DNA from: Lama glama
Taxonomy: Eukaryota
Reading direction: 5' to 3'
Assembly: GCA_028534125.1 (NCBI GenBank)
Contig: CM052818.1
Span: 498,001 to 562,000, forward strand
DNA length: 64,000 nucleotides
Shown: positions 52,618 to 64,000 of the stretch, one piece after another
Layout: each line of letters starts with the position of its first letter
How positions within the stretch are numbered: the first letter of the stretch is position 1
Translations under genes and position numbers: made by a program
The notes under the pieces: model-generated
What the model saw: the letters and a program-made list of their open reading frames with translations, nothing else
Databases searched by the model: none
Told to the model about the DNA's origin: nothing

Positions 52618-52673
<56 letters not shown>
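52618..52673. repeat. (TG)28 microsatellite starting at intron position +5 after the 57-nt TET3 exon
   Basis: Visible directly in the sequence. Confidence 0.95.
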
Positions 52674-52676
<3 letters not shown>

Positions 52677-55600
52677 AGGGTGAAGTGTTTGACTGGATTG
52701 GATAAAAATAAAGGGTCTCCTCTGGTGATCCCTTAATCTCCCACTGTGTGTGTAGCAGCAGCTGAGGGGGAGGGGCGGCGGGGGTGTGGGCGGCCAATGA
52801 ATCCTCAGGCCTGTGTGGGTTTTGTTTGGACTCTTTCTGCTTCCTCAGCTGGATGGTTTGGGTGCAGTTGGGATTGGGTTTGTTGAACTGTTTTTTTTTT
52901 TTTTTTAAGACACATAACCCACTCCCCACCCTTGCCTCTGGAAATCTCTCGAGAATGTCCCTGGCACTGTTGGTTTGCATCCAATCTGCAGAAATCCCGT
53001 GGGGGGGTGGGGAGGGGGAGGGGGAATTGCGCTCCTGAGTCTGAAGCTGATAGGGTGTCATTAGTCATGCTGCTGTCACCATGGAGATGGCTGGAGAGGA
53101 GAGGAGGTGGTGGGGGTGAGGATATTTTGGGTAGGGTGGGGGCTGATGCAACATCATGACTGGGAATCCTGCAGGCGGTCGGCTGCTGTTACTCTGTACA
53201 GCTTGGTGTCTGGGGGACTGGGAAGGGAATGTTACCAGGTGCGTGGGAAGTGGAGAAGAGGGCACTGAGCTGCTCCATGTGGCTGTCTGAGGGCAAGGGC
53301 TGGGATGTTTGGGGCAGGGCAGAGTGCTGGAGTATAAGCCATTACTCGGAAACACCGATGTTCCTCCCAGGTTGGCAAGGACCAGGATCAGTAGGTTTCC
53401 TTGGGTTTTGCCCTGTTTTCAGGCTGGGGACCCGCCGTGAGTTTGGGATTACTCAGCAGTATCCTCTGCCGGCCCAGGGTGGAGAAGACAGCAAGAGGCA
53501 GCTCCGTGTGGCCGCCTTTCAGGTCAGAAGCAGAGAGGCTGGGGAAGGAGTGGGCACAGGTGGGCAGGGCAGGGCTGCGTGGGACTCGTACTCACGGGGA
53601 GGGAGCCCATCCCTGCCCCTGCCCAGCTCTCCTTTTCCCTTCAGCCCCTGGAGCCTGTGAGGAGCTGGGGGGATCTGGTTGCTTGGGTAGCAGGTAGGCG
53701 AGCTGCTCGTGTCCCCATATGCTCTTAGACTTTCCTCTGTGGAAATCCTCTGGCTTCCTGGGAAAACTGTGGGAAGCACCCTGGAGGTGCTGAAGTGTCA
53801 CGCTCGCTGCCTGGGTGGGGACGCTGGCCTCTGCTTCCCCACGTGGGGTAGGGGCTCCTAGGTGAGGCTGCCAGGTGGATCAGGAGCCAGGGTGGGTCCC
53901 TGGCCTCCTCCCAAGGAACTTAAGGCCAGCAAGTGCTTGTGGGAGGGCAAGAATTTTGTTTCTGGGGGAAGGAGAGTAGTCAGGTGGCGCTGGCTCCCCT
54001 GGAGAACTGGGCAAGCCTCAGTGAGGCTGGGAGTTAGTGGGCGACCCCCTGGACGGGACTGTGGGAGGCCCCTGAGGCAGGCTGAGGGTGGTTGATGCTG
54101 GTGATGCTGTGGGTGAGGAGGAGAGAGCTGTGAGCTCACTCCACGCCCTTTCTTCGGAGCAGAACCCCCAGGTTCCACCTCCACTTCCTCCTCTGGCCTC
54201 CCACTGCTGGCGAGGGAGCTGTGGCCACCTGTGCGCTGCTGAGGGCTGTGGGCACGGAGAGCGCAGGGTGCGCCCGTTCTGCAGCACGCTGGGGAAGGCG
54301 GGTCAGGGGGTGAGGGCAGATGGGCTCAGGGAGGGGGCGGCTCCCTCCCTCCTCTGCGTGTCTGGCCTTGTCAGCCAGAGCTTCCCTCTCTGCTGGGAGG
54401 AAGGACTGCTGGCAGGTTTGTTTACTCCGGAAAGCACCCCCTCCTGCCTAGCAATGGCTTCTCTTCAGCTCTTTCCAAGTGTGTTCTCCGTTCCTTCCTG
54501 CCTGTATTCTGCTGGCCCTGTCGTCCTGCTGGAAGCTCCCAGCCCAGCACCTCCACCCTTAGTGTCATGAGCATGAGGCAGGGCTGCTTGAAAAACCAGA
54601 GGATGCCCTTCAAACACGCCTTCCACCTTCCCGCTTCTCAGAGTGGGGCCTGTGCTGGCTGTGCTCTTAAAGCTCTGAGGTTGTGTCTCTGCTTGTTGTT
54701 ATTGTTGGGTTCTGTCAGAAAATCACAGCTTCCTCCTGGCTCAGCTTGGGCACTGCCAGCAAGCACTCGGATCTGAGTCCCCTGTTCTGGTTGCCACCTT
54801 TCTCCGCACATAGTTTTCTTAGGTGGCCACTTGGGTGTGGTGGCGCACTTACCCCGGGTGAAGCAGTTTTGCCAAATCCCCTTCCATCAGGAGGTTGTGG
54901 TGAAGGCAGATGAGGCCAGGAGTCTGGGACACAGGACAAGGGGGTCTCCCAGTCTGTGTTCCTGCGGGATGAGCACAGGATTGCAGGATGGGTAAGCCCC
55001 CTGGGTGAACGGTATCCAGCAGCCAGTGGGGACGTGCTCATTACTGCATGCTGAGTCCTGCCGGGCTTTCAAGAATATCTATAATGTCAAGTGTGCGTAG
55101 TGCCTAGCCCGGGCATGGAGTTGAGCTTGGTGGACACAAGGTGTCATTCGACTGTCTAGCGTGTTGCATGTCTACCCATGATACCCCAAGGAACATGCCA
55201 TACCACACACTGTCACCACCACCTCCGTCTTGGCAGCCTGGACAGGAGTGCGTGCCCAGTGCTGAGGGCACCAGGCTGCCCTGCTCACGGGCTCCCACGC
55301 TCTGCCCCATGGGAACCCTCCGCTGGCTGAGGATGTCTGGAAACTATTTTGGAACTGTGCCCAGGATCTCCGCCTTCTGCCTCTCCTTTGGACCACTGCA
55401 GAAATGCTCCTTGGTCAAGGATCTGTGGTCCTCAGCTTTCCACACACCGCGGGTCACTCCGCTCGTTCTTTTCCCCTCTCTAGCCCTTTGTGAGGGTCCA
55501 GCAGGAACTCTTTTCTCTCTAAGGTACATTTACAAGCAGTAGTGAACTTGGGGAGCTATGGAAGCAGGTGAACATGCCAAGCTAGAATGGGAGAGAAACC

Positions 55601-56506
55601 AACCCAGAGGATTTCAGAGTTGAATTTGAGGATGGAGAAAGACGGCTTCCCCATGCATAATAAGGACTGGAGTTAGAGTCCCAGAGCTCAGCTCTACCTT
55701 CTTGGTGACCCAGGCATTTCTGAGTGTCATGGGAGAGGGAGGGGACTTTGCGAGGCAGACAGACAGGTGAGTGGGAGGGAGAGCGCTCCTGCCTACCATG
55801 GTGCAGGGCCCTGGAGCCACCTGCAGGGGTCACTGTGATGGCTCCTTAGCCCCCTTGCTGGGTTGGCTGAGGGGCCTGGGTGCCGGGCTCACTCCAGCTG
55901 TAGATGGATGTTTCTGCTAGAATTGGTCTTTGTGGTCTTGCCAAGTCCCCTCTCATGCCCCTGAGGCTGTAGCAAACGGTTTGGCTGCCTAGGAGTGGGG
56001 GCAGGGAGTGTGGGGAGGGGCTTTGGTTGGGCTCAGCTTTTGGGTCTTCCCCTCACTGACCTCTGAGCCTCCTTCTTTCTGGCATCTGGCAGTCAGCTGA
56101 GGACTCCCCCTTGTTACCAGCATGTAAGGGGCAGACCAAGCCCCTCGCTCCCAGCTGGCCCTGCCTCTCTACATCTGCTTTCATGAGGAGGAGATAGCTT
56201 CCTTGTGGGTTGGTTTAGGAAGCCTTTGGGCAAACAGGGCACAGGGATGGCTGAGACAGTTAGAATCTATAGATTGTCATGCTCTCTAGAACTATGACCC
56301 TGTCCGCATTCACTTTATCTCCCCTTCTTCCTCCCTTTGTCTTTCCCCATTTACTGAGTGCTTGCCATGTTCTGGGTACCGTACGAGGTCCTGAAAGATA
56401 AGAGAAATCATTATTATTTGATATTCACAGTATCACTGGAAGTAAGAGACACTGACTAAATTTCCTACAACCGTGACTCTGAGTGGGAGAACCAGCACTG
56501 GAAATC

Positions 56507-56538
<32 letters not shown>

Positions 56539-59500
56539 AAATACAGTGAATGCTTTTGATCTTTGTGTTTGGGATTGTGAACTTGCACGTGGCAGACCAG
56601 CCCCTTGCTCCCAGCTGGCTCTGCTTCTTTACGTCTGCTTTCATCACGGGCTCAGTGGACCTCAAGGGACTTTGAAGGAAGAATCAACACGCCAACCTTG
56701 TTTGTAATAAGTTAGCCTTTCTGGGATCTGGCAGTGACAGATCAGGGTAGTGGGGTCAGAAATGGACTCACTGGGATGATAGCTTAGTTTTGAAAGGAGG
56801 ATGTTGGCTTTAGATGTGCTGGGTTTGAGATACAGATAAAGCTGGAAGGAAATACTGTGCCTGGACAGTTTGCCTTGAATGTGAAATTGTCTTCTACTCA
56901 TTCAAAGTGTGTGGGTCCTGCGGCCCTTACTGCTTCAGGGGCTCCGACAAGACTGCTGGCTGGGAAGAGGAGGGTGAGAAGTGTGGCCGTCCCGTTTCTT
57001 TTTCTCTCTCATCCCAGCTCTCCTATCCTCAGGTTCTGTCATTAGCCATGGGGCAGTCACTTAGTGTCCCTGGGCTTCAGTTTCTTCTGTAAAATGAAAA
57101 GGTTGCCTCCAAATTTAGTTTTTCTCAAACTAAAAGGGGAGAAGGATCAGTTTTCTTACTCTTCAAAATATCACAGACCAAAACAGGTCTTGCTTTGTAC
57201 AACTAGTTGGCAGCTCGAGCCGTGCGTGGCTCCCCTTGGGAGCTGAACACCATCCAGACCAATCTGTGCGCCATTGGATGAGGTGGTCCCGCCAGCGCGC
57301 ACTTGGATGTGGCGGCAGGTTCAACTCACCGTGCCGGTTTCTAAAGGCTCACTCTTAGCTCCTGAGTTTCTGTTGTGGGGAACTGGTGATAAACAGTTTA
57401 TGGGCCCTTCCGTGATCAGCGTTACTTTAGAACTTTGCTTCTGGGAGAGCAGAGGGTCTCTGTTTTGACCTCTCTCTTCCATACACTCCATCTTGGGGGC
57501 AAAGCCACCACTGGAAGAGTAGAGACCTTGCTGGCCCAGAATTCTGTCTGCAGTGCCTCAAAAATTTTTACTTGCATCTCAGCTTCTGTAGATAAGGTTG
57601 CTTCCTGCCTGCCCTTTTATCACTGCAAGTTTCAGATTCTGATGGTGGACTGTCAGAACCTGTCGGGAAGGACCGTGTGCGCGTGTGCGCTGCATGACTT
57701 AGAGAACAGGTGAGGCTCAGGCCGGCTCCCCTGTAGTTGCCGGAGTGGACTTGGGCCCTGCCGGACACTCATGCTTCATTGCCTCAGGCCAGGGCACCTG
57801 GACTTCCGAGTGTTATCCGTGCCATGACTCTCAAAAACAGAGGTGGCCGTTTTCCTCTGAGGGCTGGTCACGAACTCTGCCCTGATTTCTGTAAGGACAG
57901 ACATCCCAGTATTTTTGATAGCATGAGCTGGGGAATCTCCCTCCTGTTTTGTCCCACCCCTCTACACACACTCTGCAAAGGTTTTTTTCTTTTGTTTTGT
58001 TTGGGATCTTTGGTATTTTCATTTAAGATGCTTAAGTTTAGACAAAAAAGTAAAAATACTCATTTCCTTCTACCCTGGCCGCCTCATCCTGGAGGAGCGT
58101 GGGGAAGGGCTAAGGTTTGCAGGTAACACTGGCGGGCCACGGAAGTGTTCCTTAGGAGGCAACATTCCAAGGACAGTGAGATTAGGACCTGAGCGCATGC
58201 TGGTTACCTCTGTGGCCTGGAACGCCTGTGTCTTTGGTGCTTAAGTAATTGGATTTCCTAATCCCACCTCCAAGCATTTTTCATGTGTAATCCTAACCTT
58301 ACGGGCTTTGCAAGGGTAACAAAGACACTGAAAGGGTTTGCAACTTCCCTGACAGTGAGCTCCTGAGCTCCCTGCCCTGTTGCGGAGTTTCCTGCTTTGC
58401 TGCTGCAGCAACTACACACCCCCACCAACATCCCCTTTCCCGGGAGTCTGCTCCTTCAGCCTGCGGGCCTTGGTTCCCGGCCCTGCTTAACAGATGGAGT
58501 TTACAGTAGGAGCTGTTTCCCGCTGGCCCACCTTCCTGTACCTTAGGGGAGGGTTGCGTCTCTGATTCCTGCTGGCCACTGTGCAAAAGGTCGAAGAGCC
58601 AGGGAGGCTGGTAACTCCTGACCGAGGCAGAGACCCTGAAAGGGGTTCAGGCTGACAGCCCCATCTGAATCCCCAGACAGACACTTTCTGCTGCACCGTC
58701 CCCACTGAGTGTGTCCCCTGGGCCAACTCATTTCTCTGTTGGCTTGAACAAGTTCTGTCTGGGTAAAGAGGGTGCCCCCTGACTGTACCAGGCTCTGCTG
58801 GACCCCGGGAGGGGACACGTGCCTTCCCAGTCGCCATCATTGTTGCTCTGCACCTGAGCTCTAGTGGGGGAACACAGAAAGGGATTTTTAGTGGCGTGCT
58901 GAAGGTGTGTGCCCAAGAGATGCCCAGCTGTTTTTCCTGGCACGGCAGGTCCTTTCCTCTTCTCCTGCTGTGCTTCCATCCTAAGGCACTCCTCATGGCT
59001 TCGGCTCACCCCCACTCTCACCCCTCATGCTTTGAGCTCAGCCCTAAGTTCTGGACTGAGCAGAGTGCGGGCCTCTGAGGGCACTGCTCTTTCTGTAGGG
59101 CGCGGGTGAAGGATTCCTTCTATCAGAATTATCTAGGAGCATGTAAAATCCTATAGGGTGGTAAGGCCAAGATAGCCATCTGTTGGGGTCACACTTGTGG
59201 GTTCCTGTTGTATAATTAGGTAGGGTGGACGCAGGATGAGTCGGTGTGGGGGCCCCGAGGGTAGTGTTGGAACCTCTCGGCAGGTGGGCTGTGTCGCGTC
59301 CCCTTTTCCCGTCTCTTGTCCCTGAGCCAGGTCCTACCTGACGGTTGAGCTATACCCTGACCTCTACCCTGTGGCCCTTCTTCCTGTGGTTATTTCTCCT
59401 CGGTTTCCTGTTTTCCAGCTGTGGGTTCCCAGTGGTGTCATTTGGATCCTGGGTAGAGTTGGGGCCTAGCTCTGGGATTGTGTGGTTGGAGCGGTGTATG

Positions 59501-62500
59501 TCTTGGGGCTGTATTGACAAGTGGTTCAGAGCGGTCTCAACACCCAGCTGGGAACCAGAGCCCAGGGTTCTGTGTCCAACCCCCCAGAAGCCCCATCCAT
59601 CTTACTTTCCAGAGGCTGTCTCCTCCGTGTGTGGGGCATCGCTACACCTTGGGACTCTGCTGAGGTCTGGGCACGCGGGATGTGGAGGAAGACCTGCGTG
59701 GGTGTCAGGGATCTTCCGCCCTGAACACTTGCTCCTACCCTGCAGCCTCCATCAACTGGCCTTTACCTTGCCTAGAGAGCTTCCAGTGACCAGTCCCTGT
59801 GGCTCAACTAGTTTAGTGGTTCTCAGTCTCGCTGCTTATTAGAATCATCTGCGGGACTTTTAAAAAAGAAACTATCAATGTCTGGGCCCCAGCACCAGAG
59901 ACTCTTATGTAATTTGTCTGGGGTACAACGGGGACCCCAGCATTTTTCAGAGCTCCCCAGGTGACTTGAATGTGCACTCACAGTTGAGAGCCACCACCCT
60001 CATCTGTTTTGGTTTTCCTCATGCTTCCTATATCTGTGGGTTGTCCTGGAATTTTTTTTTTCATCTATTGATAATTTTAATGATCATCTTTCCAGACTCT
60101 GTATTTATTAAGACAATGAGACATGTTAGACAAAACACTGGATTGAGTGTTCTCTTCCATGAAACTGATCCCTAACTTCATATTTATTGTAACCAGAATT
60201 TGAGGGAAATTCTGTAGCTGATGGCAGAAACCAAGGGTTCTCCTCTCAGCTTTTAATTTTGTAAAAACTTGTACAAAGTGTGGCATACACACAAAAAAGC
60301 ACATAATGTGTGCAGCTTGGTGAGTTTCACAAAGTAAGCTCACCTGTGTAACCACCACCTGGATCAAGAAATGGGTACTGTCGCCCCATTCCCATTGTTC
60401 AGAATTTCTATGGCATTTGGGCAAAGTCAGGCGAGGCTGTGCTCAGTACAGCAGTGTGTGCTAGCGTTGGGTCTGGAGGGCTTCAGCTGGTCCTCTGCCA
60501 GGAACACCTTTACACGCCCGAGTGGGTTTCACGGTAACGGGGCACAGGGCAGAGGAGTCCTGCAAGCCCCTGCCTGGCGTTGCCCTCTTGTCTGTCGCCT
60601 TTACTTCCTTTTCCACTTTGGCCTTTGGGCTTGCCAGTCCTCAGTCTTGACTGAATCCAAACCTCTGTATCATTTTTTGACTTTTTAGTCTTTTTTTTTT
60701 TTTGATTATACAGGTAATACATGTTCTTTGGAAAAATTAGAAGGGAAAGAATTTTCCTGTAATTTCACAACCCAGTTAACCACTTTTAACTGGAGCATCC
60801 CTCTAGACTTGATTCTGTGCACACCACACGCTTGTTTTGTGCTGCTTGTGAAAATGGAGTCGTGCTGCATGACAGCCCGCTTGCCCCTACTTAACAACCA
60901 GCTGTAATACTGCTGTTGAGCATTTACCGCGTGTGGGGCTCACGGGGCAAAGTTTTACTAGTTCTCTGTCTCTTAGTACTCATGACAACTCCAAGGCAGG
61001 TAGTGATAGCCCCACCTTTCAGATAAAAAACCTGAGATTCAGGATAGTAGTGTGACCAAGGGCTGGTGGTTCACAAGGGGAGGAGCTGGATTTGAGGCCA
61101 GGATGTATCTGTTTAACATGGTGTGAAGAGGAGAGGGTAGATCTCCTTCGCCTGAATTGTGTTAATACATTTCTTAATACTGAACTATTTTTGTATTCCT
61201 TGAATATGCCATTGTTGGTGTTGGGGAGTTTGTTTTTAACATGTTTTCATTTGATTTATTAATGTGGGAGTTTTGCGTCTGTATTTGTGAGTGAGGTTGA
61301 CTTAGGACAATTTTCCTTTCCTGTTTTCATCATCAGTTGGTTTTAGAGTAATAGTAACTTCATACTATGCATTGTGAAATTTTATTCTTTATGCTCTGGA
61401 GCAATTTAAATACAGTTTAGTCATTTCATTCCTTAAGGATTTGGGGGAAAAAAACTGGCAGAGCCTTCTGAGCCTGGTACCTTTTTTGAAGGATGGGTCT
61501 TTGCAGCTTTTGGATTTTTTCCTCCTGTGGCTATTGCTATAGAACATTTACTGTGTTTATTCCATGAGAGTGATCTGTTTTCAAATTTATTATCATAATG
61601 CACATACAGTTATTGCTTTTTGGTTCCCTCAGTATCTGTAATTTTTTTTTCACTTAATTTCTACTGTTGTATGTTAATTTTTTCTTTTCCTTCCTTACCT
61701 TTGCCAGTTTGATGTAATAAAAAAGCACGTAGATTTCAGTTGTGCTTTCTGTTTGCTAAAGCATTAATTTCTCCTTTAGTTTCAATTCATTTTTTTCCCT
61801 TAAGTTTATTTGGTATGTGCTTTTTCTGAATTCTCAGTTGAATCCTTAGGACACTCTACTTTTTCTCTTTCTACTCTTTCCTTTGATCACAAACACATTT
61901 TAAAATATGACCTTTTCTCTATGTTCTGCTGTAGCCTCATTCTCCAGGTTTTGATGTTACGTGTGTGCTGGAGCTCTTGGGTGTGCCAAGTCCTGGCGTG
62001 GCCTGACTCCGCTTCCTCCCTGCGTGTGGAAGAGTGGCGAGGCCAGACAGTGCCGCGCTCGCTTACTCCTGGGGGCTTTTTCTCCAAGCCCCTAGGTAGA
62101 GACCTAGAAATGGCTTACCAGCTTGGCAACCAGGACCTGTGGAAAACTTTTTTTTTTTAACCTAAGCAAAATTGGTTTAATTTGCTAGGACTAGAGCATA
62201 TCCTAAGCCCAAATGGAAGTTTTAGTAGTATTTCGAAAAGCCTCACACATTAACACCATAGCAAATGAAACTAGAAGCTAAGGTTGGTGAGGGGAGAGGG
62301 AAAAGAAATACTCGACCCAGAGCTCATGGCCTAGCTGAGCTGGCCGAGGCTGCAGGTTCGAGTCTTGCTCCCTGCTTCTTTCATGCCCCTCTAGAAGCCA
62401 TGGCCCAGCTGGTGTCTCTGAGGCCGTGTAGAACGTGCTAAGATGGAGAGGACAGCAGAAGACGAGTGAGGCATCCAAACTGCTGGGAAAGACAGCGTTA

Positions 62501-62849
62501 GCATCTCTTCCTGTGCGCCACTGAAAACCTATTTCCATATTCCTCCTAGAGCTCAGGGTGCCAGCAACAGTGATCCCAATTGAGAGGGCAGTCGACCCTC
62601 TCTGGGTCCCACAGGGCCTGGTAGGTGGGGGAGGCCTCTGCACCCAGCCCAAACTTGTTCAAGCCAGCAGAGAAGGACTTGGCCCAGGGGCCACACTCAA
62701 GGGAAATGGTGCAGCGCCTTGGTGGCTAGATTTTTCTCACCCTTTATCTTGATTCCTTAGAGAGCAGTAAAGGCCAGGGGAGGGTATGGGCAGGGGACAG
62801 AGAAAGGGTGGACTTCGAGTTCAACCTGGAAACCAATGGCAATATTCTT

Positions 62850-64000
62850 CTTCTCTTTTTTTTTTCCAAAATGGAAAATAAATTTTGGGTCTTTAAATAA
62901 AAATAATTACATGCCCATTTAAAGAAATAAAAAAAAGAAATCAAATAATATAAAAATATATAAATTGGAAATTGAAAATCCCTGTATCTTCTCCCTCCCA
63001 GTGTAATCTCTGTTAACAATGTATACATGTCCTTCCAGACTTTAAAATGAGTACCTGAACTTACTGCCTTTCCTGCAGTAATGTGTTCAAACCATACCTC
63101 TTTTTTTGGGTAACCTTTTCTTTGCTCATACTGTGTTGAGGACACCTTTCCTTGTCATTACACTTATCTTAGCCTTATAAGTGGCGGTAGAGTCTTTCGT
63201 TTTATGGATTTATTGTGATTGTTTCCTATTGATGGACATTTACAGTTCCAGTTTTTTTGCAGTTGCAAATGATGTGGTAGTTTACGTATTTATACGTTTT
63301 TTTGCTATTTGTTCAAGTATTTGTACAGGACAAAGTCATACAAATGGAATTTTAATTAACACTGACAAATTACCCTCCAAAAGGTAATATGATAATATCT
63401 ATCAGATTCACTCTCCTAATAACACTGAATGAGGAATCATCAGCCTTTAAGTTTTTCCAGCTTGGTAGGTGAAAAAGGATATAGTATATTTTATTAGTGA
63501 ACTTGAGAATGTTTTGCATGTTAGACATTCTGCGTGTATTCTGTGTATTACCTATTATATCCATTACCCATTTTTAGTTAGATTGTCTTTTTATTGATTC
63601 ATAAAAGTGCTTAATATGTTATCAGTATTAACCTCTATTATAGTTTGAAAAAAATTTTGGCCTCTCATTTGTCTTTCATTGTGTCTATCAAATGGAAGTT
63701 TTATTTTTTTACGATCAGAATTCATCAGTATTTTTGTACCCAAGTTTTTACTTTATGGTATAGTTGTATTGTATATATTTAGATCTCTCTAAGCTGAGAT
63801 TTATTTTTGTATATGGTATCAGATAGGGGTTGAATTTTTCCCAAATAGAAAGCCTGTTGTCTCCAGTCTGTTTATTAAATATTTATTGTTTCTCAAATGG
63901 TTTATAATTCTACCTTAAGCATCCCGTAAATACTCATATGTTCATGGGCGAATGTTTTAGGGCCTTTTCAGTTCCGTTGAATTATTTGTCTGATTCTGTG
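62850..64000 (-). mobile_element. Degraded ancient L1 (L1ME-type) in the TET3 intron
   Basis: AT-rich antisense L1-like text (cctattgatggacattta...ttccagtttttt...tttatttttgtatatggt). Similar decayed L1 at ~61150-61900 and ~100-1650. Confidence 0.6.

Overview
Mammalian genomic DNA, most likely a camelid (camel, alpaca or llama), judged from Vic-1-like tRNA-derived SINEs and young artiodactyl-type L1 3' ends. The + strand carries the last five coding exons of DGUOK (mitochondrial deoxyguanosine kinase, 3340-13955), a ~22 kb repeat-rich intergenic spacer, and the 5' part of TET3. The TET3 part comprises a CpG-island promoter (~36.2-37.75 kb), the CXXC zinc-finger exon (CDS 38548-38850), an internal CpG island (~51.8-52.3 kb) and a 57-nt coding exon (52557-52613); the rest of TET3 lies beyond the window. 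I found no new protein-coding system, and the long ORFs in the track are mostly GC-rich artefacts or L1 remnants. The best leads are regulatory or evolutionary: three uORFs with two ATGA stop/start overlaps in the TET3 leader, a stop-loss extending DGUOK by 4 aa, a candidate LTR-proximal alternative TET3 first exon, an L1 3' transduction, a 35-bp inverted duplication upstream of TET3, and a (TG)28 tract beside the weak donor of the small TET3 exon. Comparisons with human and mouse are from memory and need confirming by alignment.
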